Shown here: piece by piece, positions 1 through 13,812 of the stretch
Layout: every line of letters begins with the position of its first letter
How positions within the stretch are numbered: the first letter of the stretch is position 1
Made by a program: the position numbers and the translations under genes
DNA from: Rhizophagus irregularis
Taxonomy: Eukaryota
Reading direction: 5' to 3'
Assembly (NCBI RefSeq): GCF_026210795.1
Contig: NC_089434.1
Coordinates: 1,736,001-1,800,000 of the forward strand
DNA length: 64,000 nt
The notes under the pieces: generated by a model
The model's input: only the letters and a program-made list of their open reading frames with translations
Told to the model about the DNA's origin: nothing
The model's database searches: none

Positions 1-2256
1 GTCATGTGTCATCTGGCGAATCAGAGACATGCTTACAAAGAAAGTTAAGATATACAGTGGTGATCAAAATTATTTGATAACGAGGCGCATTATTGTTGAT
101 CATTTCCAAAAGGTGGTTCTCTCTGATATTACAAATGGCATAGCTCCACCCGATTGCTGTATTTACGTTATATCACACTGTGCTTGCATAAATTTGTAAG
201 TCTCTTACTTTCCATATGTCTATCAAAAAATATTACACATGTCCACATTGTTTCATAGTAGATAGCGATTTATTTTTTCCGAAGTTATCAGGTCCAATGA
301 CAGTAACACAAGATATATAATACTTTGATTAGTAGAAAGAACAAAATACAGTACTTTCTTAGGCTATGAGATAACATGTCTAAATGAAGAAATTCGGTCT
401 AAATAACGTATATTACATGGTTAATGATCAATACATATTAAATAGATATAAACGCAAAAAGGACATAGGTTATGCCTACGAAGTAAATTTTAATATTTTT
501 ATTGACAAGAAATAGAATAACTAATAAAACAAAATAAATGAGAAGCAGGTTGTTTTAAGGGAGGAAACACTCGAGCCCTAACCCATAAAACGAGAGTTCC
601 TTCCCCACTACTCATTATTTCGTACCCACACACTAATCTTATCTAATGTTTTACACTAGAAACCTAGGTTTCTAGAACTTCCTCTGCAAAGGTTTTAGGA
701 AATGTGTTCCTAATACTATGAGAGTTATTCTTATGATAAAAATTTTTCACAGTTTGTGCGCAAATCTTTCCTATGCCATAATCACTAATTTCAATTGCTA
801 TTCTATTGCATACTTCATCCAAAGTTAATTTTTTTTCGGACATAATTCTATCGGTAATGCGTTTAAAACGAGTCCAAATGTTGCACGAAATACCTTCGGA
901 TGATGCATTGGACGAAGAGTTGACGGATGAGTTAATTGATTCTGTCTCATTTTGCCCTTGGGCGGTCTCCGACTGATTAACTCTTTGCACTTCCTCATGT
1001 CTTCTTTTTTCTTCATAGAGAATAATCATGTATTTTATGTAACTATACATTTTACAGCTATTATTGTCTCAACTATAAATGATTTTAATGTAACAATGAG
1101 TATTTGCTATAAATAAATATAATTATTTTCGTTGCTTGTTAATATTGACAGTATCCGACATTGAATAAATATTGCAAAAGTATATTCCACATTGCTTCTA
1201 CCGGCCAACCATGATCCTTTCATCATTTGTGCTACAAAATAAAGTTTGATATTTTTTATTTTTTTCACAATATTTTTTCCACATGTATCACAAAAGATAA
1301 TATATAACTATTTCAACAGGATTAATTTATACGCTCATCTTTCATTTAAATATTTTATTTTATATATTGAAATTTACTACAACTTATATTAGGGGAAACA
1401 ACAAAAAAAAAATTGCAATAAAAAATGAATAAAAAAAAAATAGTAGCAAATTATAACTAGAGAATGAGACTTATGGGAGGAGTCCGGAGCGTGATCAGGG
1501 GTCCTTTCACTCATTTGTATAACATTTACTTGTTTGTTTGACGTCAATATGATGTCCCAATCAGAAATGACACGACGTGCACAAACGGAACTAACCGAAA
1601 AATAAAAAAAAATGCTAATAATTTTTCGGTTTTGAACTGAAAAACAACAATAGAAAAAAGTTTACAAAAAATAGGTATTGAGCTAAAAAACTAAAATAAA
1701 AAAAAATTAAAATTTTTTCTTCGATTTAAAAAAAAAAGAACCAAAAAATAAGAATATTAAAATAAGTATTATAGTTATAATAATTATTTGAAACAAATTA
1801 TTTGTCTAATTAAAAATTTTATTAATTTTTAGTTTAAATAAAAATAATTTATTTATTCTAACTGAATAAAATCACACAAATTACACGAATTATTTATTTC
1901 GATCTTGATCATCGATCCAAACCTAAAAGGCAAAAAAAAAAAATTTTGGTAAAAATAAAAATAAAAATACAATATCAAAATCCAGTTAAAAATTATTAAC
2001 CAGACATGACAAATATGAACGACGGTACACAATTCAAATTATTTGTAATCTAAGCATGACAAATTTTAATTATATAGTTTATATAGATATGAAAATAAAT
2101 TGAATTATTCAAATTACAAACTAAGAAACCTTACTACTCTAGTTTTAGTGTTTAAATAATTTAGATACAAGAATACATATTTGTAATAATTTAATAAAAA
2201 ATTAGCAATTGAAGTGAACATTATCACATTTTATTTGTTAAAAAAAAGTAATTTAC

Positions 2257-4450
2257 CATCAGGAATTTCCAATTCATTTTGTTCTTCGGAATGAAGATTT
2301 GGGTTATTATATATTTCAATTTCGTCTTAATTATCAAAATAAATAAATTGAATAAATACAAAAAAAACGATAGTATAAATAAATAGATTTGACATTTTAC
2401 TTACCACTAACGATATTAGACCCTTTTGTTTGTTGCGTTGTTTTTTATATTAAATTAAAATTACAATTAGTAAGTGTATGTATTGATGAATAATATTAGT
2501 TAATATACTTACTATTCTTTATTTGTAGCTTTTCAAACATTTTGGATAATTTTTTACTATTAGCTAAAATTTAAAATTTAAATTATTATAATTTACCCAA
2601 TTATTCTCTATAAGAAAACTGCTATAGAAATACATAAATAAATTTACTAACCTTTATTATTCATATTTGATGACATACAATCATTCCTATTGCTTGACTT
2701 ATAAAAATCATCAACTAGAGAAAAGTTAAAATTAATAAATATCTAACTACAAATATAATTTGAAAATACTTACTATTATTTGGAATATTAAAATCATATG
2801 ATTTTTTACTATGAAATTCTGTTTAAAATAAATGTCTAATTATTTATTACTGTTATGTAAGTAATGCAATATTATAAAATAATTTTAAATGAAAAGTTGT
2901 ATTTATATTACCTTCTAATTCCTCTATTTAATATAAAAAAAGTAATACTTATTAACAAATATTTTAAATAATAGAAATAATGTTTGTTTAAAATATTACC
3001 TTCTGTTGCATTTCTTGGTTCAGATAGATTTTCAAATTGATGAAATTTACTTGTAAGTAATATACTGTTCGTACTACTATTTGTTTTATCTAGTTCTAAA
3101 TTCCTATCTATTTCTGATTGAAATGATTCATCCGTCATATTTTGATAATATAAATTCGTTTTTTGTATCTTATAAAAAAGCGTATTATGATCAGGTCTTT
3201 TTGATGGATCAGCATCCCAACATTCTTTCATTAAATTTTTATATTCTACAGGAGTTCCTAGTACAACTTTTGGTCTAATACCATTAATAATATTTATTGC
3301 AAGATTATAATCATGCTCACGATTAATAAATGGTGGTTGTCCAGATGAAATTTCCCACATAAGTATTGCAATACTATAAATATCGGATTTAAAAGTATAT
3401 TCTTTTCCATTAATAACTTCTGGTGCTATGTAAGGAAGATTTCCATATATACATGTTGACGATTTATCAGCAACGCCACAAAATCCAAGATCACTAATAT
3501 ACCACCGATTACTAATTTCTGAAAACAATATATTCCCTGAATGTAAATCTCTATGAATTGCATTTTCCTTATGAATAAAATGAAGTGCCCTCACTATTTC
3601 AAAAGTAATATTGATATTTACTTTCCATGTAAGTTTATTATAATTTTGTTGTAAATATTCTCTTAAATTTAAATCCATAATACGCATTACAAGCATATAA
3701 TTTCTATTTGATATGTTTTGTGTTAAACCAAAGCATTTGACAATAGTAGAATATTTATTGCCTATAGTTAAATGTGATTTAGCCTATATAAATTTAAAGA
3801 CTTGTTAATAACATAAACCTGGTCACAGTAATTATAAATACATTATTTAGATCACAAACCTCTTCAAACCAACTTTTATTTGCGCTTTCAACATTTTCTA
3901 ATCCTTTAAGTATCACTTTTAATCTTCCAAATCTTTTTAATTGTTGTTTTTTAGAATCCCATTCATCATATCTTCCATCAATCCAATCTGCTGTATAAAT
4001 TTCAGAGAAACCACCTTTCGTTAGATACCTGATATTTTCTAAATCATTATATGGAACCCATTCAATTATCACATTTGGTTTAAGTGTTTCCATTTGACAT
4101 TTCTGGATTAAGTTATCAATATTAACATTTCCAGATGTCCAATTTGAAAATTTTGCTTTTAAATAATTTCGAACACAAAATTCACAATATAATGTAGCTA
4201 AACATTCTTGTTTACAATTTTCACAAGTCCTTTTTGATCCTGAATTATAAAAAATTTTATCTCGATCATAACCTCTAATTAACCGATTTATTCCATAAGT
4301 TTTTTCATCTTTAGTAAGAGAATTATCAGCAAGAACTATTTGTTTTAGAAATTCATGCCGTTTGTGTATATCATTATGGACATTATAATCTATTAATGCA
4401 CCTGATCTATTAACTGCTGCACGAACAATTTCTTCTCGAATAACAGACAT
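2257..4450 (-). CDS. TKL-like protein kinase, copy K1 (multi-exon)
   Basis: Exon 1 4450-3860 has CENCxQECLAxxYCEFC, WTSGNxxIDNLIQ, TKGGFSEIY and VILK. GT-AG intron follows; exon 2 3783-3000 has HRDLHSGN, DLG, PYIAPE. Then a 12-nt micro-exon near 2912-2923 and further short exons ending NNPNLHSEEQNELEIPD at 2257. Terminal exon not resolved. Confidence 0.9.
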
Positions 4451-4957
4451 TGAATTTTTTTTTTTTAAGCAAGCTTTAGAAGGAAGGAAGTTTTATAAAT
4501 TAAGAGCTAAGAAAAATTACGGCAAGAAAAAAAAATAGGCTGAACGAAAGTTTTTGTAGCAGAAATTGTTAGGTAATGATGATCTACGGTCTTACTAATC
4601 ACTATGCACCAAATATCGTACAAATTCTACTAAGTATTGTAATGCCGCGACTTACTTAGTAGAATTGTTAATTGTGGGGCGCAGTATTATATTTAGTTTT
4701 AGTGTATAAATTTTTTTAGTATTATAAATGTGTAATGTTGCAACCGTATGATGTATGTGTTCACTTTTATTTTTAGATATAGGAACGGGAACTAGGATCG
4801 AGATATAACTATAATAAGAAGTAGGTTCGAAGATCAAAAATTGAGATATTTTCCATGTAGAGAAAAAGGTTTACTAAAAGTAAAGAAAAATAAAATAAAA
4901 TATTTTTTATGAACTTAGAATTTATTTTGATGAAAATCATTTCTTACAAAAAGACGT

Positions 4958-5624
4958 ACGGTGTACCGTTTGGATGAAAAGTGCCAAAATTTCGAAAAAT
5001 TGATTTTTCGATTTTTGAATTTTCAAAATCTCCTTTTATGGCAATGTAACGTTACACAAATGTCCAAATAAGGAAGTTAGTGTTACAAAATTTCCTTTTT
5101 TGGACGTTTTGTGTAACGTAGATCTATCCTATAAAAGGAAAATTTCCTTATAAGGCGATTTTAAAAGTTCAAAAGTTCAAAATTTCGAAATTTCAAAAAA
5201 AAATTACCATAAAAGGGATTTTTTTTAAGATTTTTGAAATTTCGAAATTTCGAAATTTTGAATTTGAAAATCGCCTTTTAAGGAAATTTTCCTTTTATGT
5301 AAGGGATCTACGTTGCACAATATTTAATTTATAGTGCCAGCCAGAATTATAATCTCCTTATACGGAAATTTTGTTTAAAAATATTTTTTTAACAAATCTG
5401 GTGGCTAAACTATTTACCCGAATTCCGAAATCATGTGTTAATATTTATTTTTACCAAAAATTGGAGTAATTCTGGCCGGATTTAAGAAAAATATTAATGT
5501 AACGTTACACAAATTTCCAAAAAAAGGAAATTTTGCTTCTCGCAAAAAATTGGAAATTTGGTTTCACAAATACTCCAAAAAAGGAAATTTACATGGCGAT
5601 CACTTAATTCCGGCCAGCATTATA
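4958..5624 (+). repeat. Left TIR of MULE (~667 bp)
   Basis: Near-perfect reverse complement of 12330-13030; lacks a 34-bp segment present in the right TIR. Confidence 0.95.
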
Positions 5625-6559
5625 GCTTAATTATAGTGTGATAATTTTTTTAATATTCTTTTTAATATTCTTTTATATTCTTTAATTTTTATTTAATTTA
5701 TTAGTAGTATTACTACAAAATTTTTTTTTTCATGATTTTTTGGCTAGCATTATGAACCATATGATAAATAAGATCATAATAAATAGATTTTAATTACTGA
5801 AAAAATTCTGTTTTTAGAATACTTATAAAAATGGAAATGTGAAGAGTATTTAAAGTATTTATTATATAAGGTGATAAATTTTTGCTATGATTATATAAGA
5901 AAAATTTTGTAATAATACTAAAAAAGCTATTTATTACAGACATTATACTTTCTATTTTTTATTTTCAATAATTAATCTGTTATTATTTATTATTATCTAA
6001 TGGTAATGTTGTAGGCTAAATTTTAACAATTGTTTAAACTGCTAAATTTTATTTTAGATAATTTTACCTAAAATGCAAATTAATAAAATTTTTTTTTTAA
6101 TAAATTTTTTATATTTTTTCCAATAAGTCTCTCCAATATTTGCCTTTAATATCCTTTTTATATTATTTTATTATAAGTAAATTTATTCATTACATATATA
6201 ATGCATTACACTTTCCTTTTTGAAAAATGTCTAAAGTAGAAGTAAATTATATAATTTCAAAAAAAAATTTTTTTCTAAATAAAATTTTCACCATATATAT
6301 AAAATAATACAATCTCTTAAACATATATATTAAATGTACTATTTTAATCTGCTCTATAAGTTTACTTAAAATACAAAATGAGGTTTTAAATGCCATTTTC
6401 TTGTTTTTCTATTTTTGGATATAATTAGCAAAATCTTTGTTTAAATATAAAGTTAAAAATAGTATTTAAAAACTATTTTTTTTCTTTAAGTAAACTTATA
6501 AAACAGATTAAGATATGCTTATTTTATGATTTTCAAATTTATATTAATTTTAATTTATA

Positions 6560-7760
6560 AAAAAAAGAATATTTATTAAAACAATTTATTAAAAAGAAAA
6601 AAATATTAATTAAAAAGAATATTTATTAAAAAATTTATTAAAAAGAATATTATATAAGTTTTATCATATATTGCTTTTTCTTTATTAAAAATATTAATAT
6701 ATCGCTTAAATACAGATATTGGAAAATGCTAGCTATTAGTAAAATTGAAAATCATTTTGTATAATTGAAAATAATTTGACAAAAAAAACAAAAAAAAATT
6801 AAAAAGTTTATTAAGAAAAAAGTTAAAAAGTTTTTTAAGAAAAATTAAAAGATAAAATATAATAATTATAAAAAAATTTATTAAAAAGAATATTAAATAA
6901 GTTCATTATATATTGTATATATTGTTTTCTTTTTATTAAAAACATATTTAATATATTACTTAAATACAAATATTAAGCCATTAGTAAAATTAATAATTAT
7001 TTTGTATAATTAAAAATTTGTTAAAAAAAAAAAATTAAAATGTTTATTAAAAAAATTAAAAAGCTTATTAAAAAAAAATTAAAATGTTTATTAAGAAAAA
7101 TTAAAAAGTTTATAAAAAAAGTTTATTATAATTTATTAAAAAAAATATAAAAATTATTTAAAAAAAATATTATATAAGTTTTATTATATATTGCTTTCTT
7201 TTCATTAAAAACATTAATATATCGCTTAAATACAGATATTGGAAAATGCTAGCTATTAGTAAAATTGATAATTATTTTGTATACAGTCAACCCTTGATAT
7301 AGTGAATTTTTCAGACAACTATAATAAATTTCCCCTTGTTATAATGAATTAACCAATTAAATCTCTTAAAATCTTCACTATAACTATATAGTGAAGTTGA
7401 GGTCTGGAATCTAGGGTTCGTTATGACAAGGATTGACTGTAATTGAAAATTTGATAAAAAAAAAAAAATTAAAATGTTCATTAAGAAAAATTAAAAAGTT
7501 TATAAAAAAAGTTTATTGTAATTTATTAAAAAAAATATAAAAATTATTTAAAAAGAATATTATATAAGTTTTATCATATATTGCTTTCTCACTATTAAAA
7601 ACATTAATATATCGTTTAAATACAAATATTGGAAATGCTAGTCATTAGTAAAATTGATAATCATTTTGTATAATTGAAAATAATTTGACAAAAAAAAAAC
7701 AAAAAAAATTAAAAAGTTTATTAAGAAAAGTTAAAAGAAAAAAAAGTTTTTTAAGAAAAA
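6560..7760 (+). repeat. AT-rich subterminal direct repeats of the MULE (~250-300 bp unit, about 4 copies)
   Basis: Recurrent AAGAATATTATATAAGTTTTATCATATATTGCTTT...AAATACARATATT...ATTAGTAAAATTGATAAT..TTTTGTATAATTGAAAA. Confidence 0.85.
7284..7439. mobile_element. 156-bp Tc1/pogo-type MITE nested in the MULE
   Basis: TIRs CAGTCAACCCTTGATATAGTGAA / TTCGTTATGACAAGGATTGACTG with TA on both sides. Sister repeat units show the empty site TTTTGTATAATTGAAAA. Confidence 0.9.
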
Positions 7761-8312
7761 TTAAAAAATAAAAAAATAAAAAAATAAAAAAATAAAAATG
7801 GGTTTTATTTTTTATCATACCTGTGTTATGTCACATTCCTATAACATATTACATATAAAAGTCAAAATGACAATCTAAATCTCTTTTGATATATTAAGAA
7901 AACTTGCAGAGCGGTCAAAAATACATATAGTATAAGGTTTCTTATAGTACATAATAAGTGCATAAGGTTTCACACCAGGATTTTTTAAAAAAATGGAAAA
8001 TCTTAACAAAGTCATGTGATCAAAATGATCAACATAATTAATATATAAAAATTACCAAAAAAAAGGAAGATGTGACATATTGCAGGTGAAAAAAAAACAT
8101 ATTCCTATAAAAATTATAAAAAATTTTATAGTAAATTTATATACTGCGGGTGCGATATTATCACCGTGTTGCATTATCATCACGTGTTTAAATTTATTGA
8201 TTTATGTCGTCATACAGTAGTCATAGTGGCTTAGATAATATTTATATGATTGATTTTATCGACTCAAATTTCGTGTTGCAACCTCTTCTTTCAGTACGTA
8301 CAAAAATCGAAA

Positions 8313-11300
8313 ATGGAATGTCTGTACGACAATACTCAAGGTAAAAAAAATATTTTATTTTATTTTGACGTTCTAGAGACTATAGTTGCTCTAAATACTT
8401 TAATGTAGGTACACTAGCTGAAGAATTTAATCTCGAAGAAACTATAGAAGTCATTGAAGGTATGTATTTATTTTATTTTTTTCCTCTATCTTTACTATTT
8501 GTCTTTGAAATAAGTGTAATAACTGTGTATTTGTATATAGATGTCAAGAATAATGATGAAAGTAATATAACTTCGGGACCCATTTTAGGACTGGAGCTTG
8601 AAGGACAAGAAGCTTCAAATTATCCATTGTTAGCTCAACCTATAGAATTATCTGTTGGGACACGCTTTAGTTCTTGGATAATCGCTGAACACTACTTAAA
8701 GGAATACGGAAGACAGAAAGGATTTGTAGTTAATCGTTACAGAGTTGAATATAGCAAATCATCTGCTGACCCTAATAATCGTATTGTTAAAAAGAGAACA
8801 TTTGCTTGTGAGAATGCTGGGAGATATAAACCTAATAAAACAAGGCCTATTGAACAACAACGTAATAAAGGGTCAAAGAAAACGAACTGCAAATGGCATA
8901 TCAATTTGAGCAAACCTGAAAGTAATGGTTTTATACATATAACTTTCGTTTATCTTGAACATAACCATACTATAAATGCTGATAATACAAGGTTTGCCAC
9001 TTCATTTCGGAAATTTGATAATGAGATAATGTCCCAAATAGAACATGCAGTTGTACATGGACATTGTGATGCACATACCATAAGAAATTTATTACAGCCT
9101 CTATTTCCAAACCAATTATTTCTTACGCAAGATCTCTCAAATGCAATTCAAAAGATCAAACGAGAAAAAAAGGTTGCTGGATCTGATGCGTCACAATTGC
9201 TGAAATTTCTTCTTAAACAACAAAAGGATGAGCCTACAATGGTTGTCCAACCATTAATTAATGTAGATAGCAATCGTTTGTGTGGTATATTTTGGATGAC
9301 GGCTAACCAAATCTTATTGTGGTCTCGATATTCAGATGTCATCTTACATGACAATACCTCAAGAACAAACAAATATAATTACCCTTTATCATTGTTTATT
9401 CTTGTTGATAGTGATGGCAAATCGCGTTTAGGAGCACAAGCTTTCTTGAATGATGAAACTCAAGAAAGCTATGAATGGATCTTACAACAGACTTTAGATG
9501 CTACCGGTATAGAACCACAAGTAATAATGACTGATATGGATCCCGCAATGGATGCTGCATGTCACGTTGTATATAAAAATGCATATCATGTACATTGTAT
9601 ATGGCACTTGTCACAAAATTTACCGAAGAGGCTTAGATCAAAGCTTGGAAATACAAATTTCAAATCCTTTATACATGACTTTTGGAAAACACGAAACTCA
9701 TTGTGTGTTGATGTTTTTGAACAACGATTTCAATCTTTATTAGAAAAGTATCCTAATGGTAATGAATACTTATGTAATACTATTTACTCAATTCGAGAAT
9801 CTTGGGCTTGTGCCTTTACAAATCGAATATTTACAGCAGGAATGCAATCTACACAGCGGGTTGAATCTATTAATGCGGTTGTTCATAAAGCAGTTGCTTC
9901 TAGTTCCAGTATGGCTGATGTAGTTGAAGCTTTGGATTCTCGAATGCAAAAAGAAGCATTAAATAAAAGTTTTATTGCATGGAAATATAACACAACAGTT
10001 TATCATCAACCATTTGTTATAGAAAGTTTTTTTAGTAAGATTAATAGTGAGATCAAGAAGTATTTTTCCCCACGAATTGTCGAAGAGATTCATAAACAAA
10101 TGTGTGAGTCTATACTTTATAGATGTGAAAGAATAGATATTGATGAGGCTTTTGCGTTTGATGATGATCAATTGGTAAGAATTTTTATTAGAATTAGGTG
10201 TATTTAGGGTGAGAATTAAGATTAGGTGTGAGTTAGGATTAGGGTTAGGGTGCGGGTTTAGGGTTAGGGTTAGGTGTGGATTTAGGGTTAGGATTAGGGT
10301 TAGGATTAGGTACGGGTTTAGAGTTAGATTTGGGGTTAGGGTTAGGTTAGGGTGTGGGTTTAGAATTAGATTAGAATGTGGGTTATGGTGTTGTTTTAGG
10401 TTTAGGATCGTGAATAGGATCAGAAAGATATTTTATTAATGAATTTTACTTTCTTTTTTAGTACCAGGATGACCTAGCTAAAAATAGTATGGATCAGATG
10501 GTGAGAATATTCAATATTATTGTATTGAATTTGTTTTTGTATATTATTTAACATTTCTTTTTACTCTAGGATCTAGATATAACAAGTGAGGCTGAGATTA
10601 TTAAAAATAATGAAGATTGCTATGACTATTGACAGGTTTATTTGAAGGCATTATTAAAATCAACTTCAAGAGGTTCAATTAGGGAGATTTGGCGAATTAT
10701 TCCTTATATGACAACAAAAACTTACCAACATATTATTATACTTAATGATGGTACCCATTTGTGTACCTGTTTGTTATTGTTTTCCCATGGAATTATTTGT
10801 CGTCATTACTTCAAGCTAATGGTAGAAAATCAGGATGCTGTATTTCATATTTTGCTAATGTCAGCAAGGTGGTTGCAAGATAATGCATGGGAAAATATAG
10901 AATCTCTTTATAATGAGCCTTTTATTAGTGCAGGTGGTCATAAGTCTCAGAATACTACTTTACAAGGATTTATTCCTAGACATTATAACAATGTTCAAGA
11001 AGTTCAAGTTCGCCATCAGATGTAGAAAAAGATGGAATATGGTCGAATTATGGGCCATTTTAAGAAAGCATTAAATTATTCAATAGAAGAAAATGATCAA
11101 AAGAATTTAGACAATCTGATCTTATCTTACATTGCTAATAAAGAAAAACAGCGTGAAAACACTCAATTGGCTGTTATTGAAGGACATCAAACTTCGGATG
11201 ATATTGTAAAGTTATCTGATGGACGTGTTTATAATGCTAGTGATATTAAGGATCCATTAGCACATCGTGGTAAAGGCAGACCTCCTACAAAACGATTAAG

Positions 11301-11463
11301 AGCTTTTAATGAGGAAACAAATAAAGCAGGCACTAGTAGGAGACAACAAATTAATGTTGGTTATGAAAAAAATGAAAAAAACAATGTAGGTGAACGTAAA
11401 TGTGGTTTGTGTCACAAAACAGGCCATTATGCTCCTAAGTGTCCTGGCAAAGAGAACGTATAA
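8313..11463 (+). pseudogene. MULE/FAR1-like DDE transposase with SWIM finger and C-terminal zinc knuckle; two nonsense codons
   Basis: Predicted exons 8313-8340, 8409-8459, 8541-10174, 10462-10500, 10570-11463. Domains: FAR1-type C..C..HNH finger; MULE core (HDNT, TDMD, HCIWH, QRVES); SWIM (CTC..GIICRH); CGLCHKTGHYAPKC. In-frame TGA at 10630 and TAG at 11023. Confidence 0.9.
10190..10410 (+). repeat. Degenerate (TTAGGG)n telomere-like tract inside a transposase intron
   Basis: Many perfect TTAGGG units mixed with TTAGGA/TTAGAG/GTGCGG variants, between a GTAAGA donor (10175) and a TTTTTAG acceptor (10461). Confidence 0.9.
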
Positions 11464-11669
11464 CAAAAGTTATAATGTCTATAGTAATGTTGAATAATAA
11501 GTTAGATAATTATTAAATGTATATAAATTAGTATTGATATATGCCAGTAACTGTAATTTTTTAATTTTTATTAATTGTAATTACTAATTAATTAATAAAG
11601 CGATGTCATGTGATATCACATGATATACCAGGCGATGTATAACATTTATTGCACCATGCGTTGAATAAA

Positions 11670-12300
11670 TTTACTAAAAATTTTATTAAAAAGAATATTA
11701 AATAAGTTTATTATATATTGTTTTCTTTTCATTAAAAATATGTTTAATATATCACTTAAATACAAATATTGAGTTATTAATAAAATCAGTAATAATTATT
11801 TTGTATAATTGAAAATTTGATAAAAAAATTAACAAAAAAAATTAAAAAAAATTAAAAAGCTTATTAAAAAAAATTAAAATGTTTATTAAGAAAAATTAAA
11901 AAGTTTATAAAAAAGTTTATTAAAAAAAACATAAAAATTATTAAAAATTTATTAAAAAGAATATTATATAAGTTTTATCATATATTGCTTTCTATTCATT
12001 AAAAATATGTATTACTCAAATACAAATATTAGAAGATACCAGCCATTGGTAAAATTGATAATTATTTTGCATAATTAAAAAATTAATATAATGCTACTAA
12101 TAATTATTATTATTATTATTATTATTAAAAAAAATTAAAAAGTTAAAGTTTATTAAAAGTTTATTATTTTGATGATTGCATTCTATTGGATGGATATAGC
12201 TTATGATAATTTGTTTATATGGTATATGAACTTAATATTAATAAAGTATATATTGATCATTAAAAAAAAAAATTAAAAGTTTATTAAAAAAATTAAATTT
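11670..12300 (+). repeat. Same subterminal unit downstream of the transposase (about 2 copies, same orientation)
   Basis: Matches the 6560-7760 unit as a direct, not inverted, repeat. Confidence 0.8.
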
Positions 12301-12329
12301 TTTTTAATTAATAAAGAATATAAAAAATT

Positions 12330-13030
12330 TATAATGCTGGCCGGAATTAAGTGATCGCCATGTAAATTTCCTTTTTTGGAGTATTTGTGAAACCAAATTT
12401 CCAATTTTTTGCGAGAAGCAAAATTTCCTTTTTTGGAAATTTGTGTAACGTTACATTAATATTTTTCTTAAATCCGGCCAGAATTACTCCAATTTTTGGT
12501 AAAAATAAATATTAACACATGATTTCGGAATTCGGGTAAATAGTTTAGCCACCAGATTTGTTAAAAAAATATTTTTAAACAAAATTTCCGTATAAGGAGA
12601 TTATAATTCTGGCTGGCACTATAAATTAAATATTGTGCAACGTAGATCCCTTACATAAAAGGAAAATTTCCTTAAAAGGCGATTTTCAAATTCAAAATTT
12701 CGAAATTTCGAAATTTCAAAAATCTTAAAAAAAATTCCCTTTTATGGTAATTTTTTTTTGAAATTTCGAAATTTTGAAATTTTGAACTTTTAAAATCGCC
12801 TTATAAGGAAATTTTCCTTTTATAGGATAGATCTACGTTACACAAAACGTCCAAAAAAGGAAATTTGGTAACACTAACTTCCTTATTTGGACATTTGTGT
12901 AACGTTACATTGCCATAAAAGGAGATTTTCCTTATAAGGAGAATCTCCTTATAAGGAGATTTTGAAAATTCAAAAATCGAAAAATCAATTTTTCGAAATT
13001 TTGGCACTTTTCGTTCAAACGGTACACCGT
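12330..13030 (-). repeat. Right TIR of MULE (~701 bp)
   Basis: Reverse complement of 4958-5624; built from sub-repeats such as GAAATTTCG and AAGGAAATTT. Confidence 0.95.
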
Positions 13031-13812
13031 AAAGACGTATTTTTAGACTGAATTAATTTGGGATTTTATATTTACATTAACATTTATTATGAATTACTTT
13101 ATTTAGAAATATTATTAAACCAAGCATTATATTATTATATTTGTGTAATCTTATATTATTAATAAAGGATTATTTTTGTTAAAGCCGCAATGGCAACGTG
13201 ATTTTTCACGGGCGTAGGCTTTGCAGTATCTGCAAAACTCCGTAAAAATGAGCCTTTCATGGAAATGAAAATAATTCGGTTACTAATTCCGTAAACGTGA
13301 GCCTTTTACGGAAAGAAGATAAGAAGATGGAATATAAAAAACGGATCGATTTTTTTTACTGGGCTGCATTCACGTTATGCCTCAGTAGTGATTTGTATCC
13401 AGATCTAACACACCCGGATATCCGGATTTTCCTACCATAACGGTTATCCGGATGTGATCCAAATATACTATCTATTTATTGAATTTATTTAAGTTTATTG
13501 TCTTATTGATTACCATAAAATCGCAAAACTCCATTTATTTTTAAACGTTTACATTTCAAATGCCAAACTGTCAAAGTAAAATTACATCCTTTTTATCCTA
13601 ATCTTTTGACTGTTAAGAGATCAAGAATCAAACTTGAATTGTTTGATCGTGAGGTATTCTTCCAAAATTTTATCATAATTTTATTATGATTCATCCTCCA
13701 GTTGATACTCAATTTATGACAAAATAATATAGTAAAAAATAAATAATATTAATTTTGAATTTCATAATAAGATGCAAGAAAATACATGATATTATCCGCC
13801 AAAAAACCATTA

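Larger units (their letters stand above)
4958..13030 (+). mobile_element. Mutator-like (MULE) DNA transposon with long TIRs
   Basis: Termini ACGGTGTACCGTTTG...CAAACGGTACACCGT; flanking direct repeat AAAGACGT at 4950-4957 and 13031-13038; internal MULE transposase gene. Confidence 0.95.

Noticed and set aside
54..80. TACAGTGGTGATCAAAATTATT resembling a Tc1 terminus
   Set aside because: No matching inverted partner found in the window.
10209..10439. 76-aa RVRVR-type ORF
   Set aside because: Translation of the TTAGGG-like tract inside a predicted intron.
12801..13007. 68-aa ORF
   Set aside because: Lies wholly within the MULE TIR; chance ORF.
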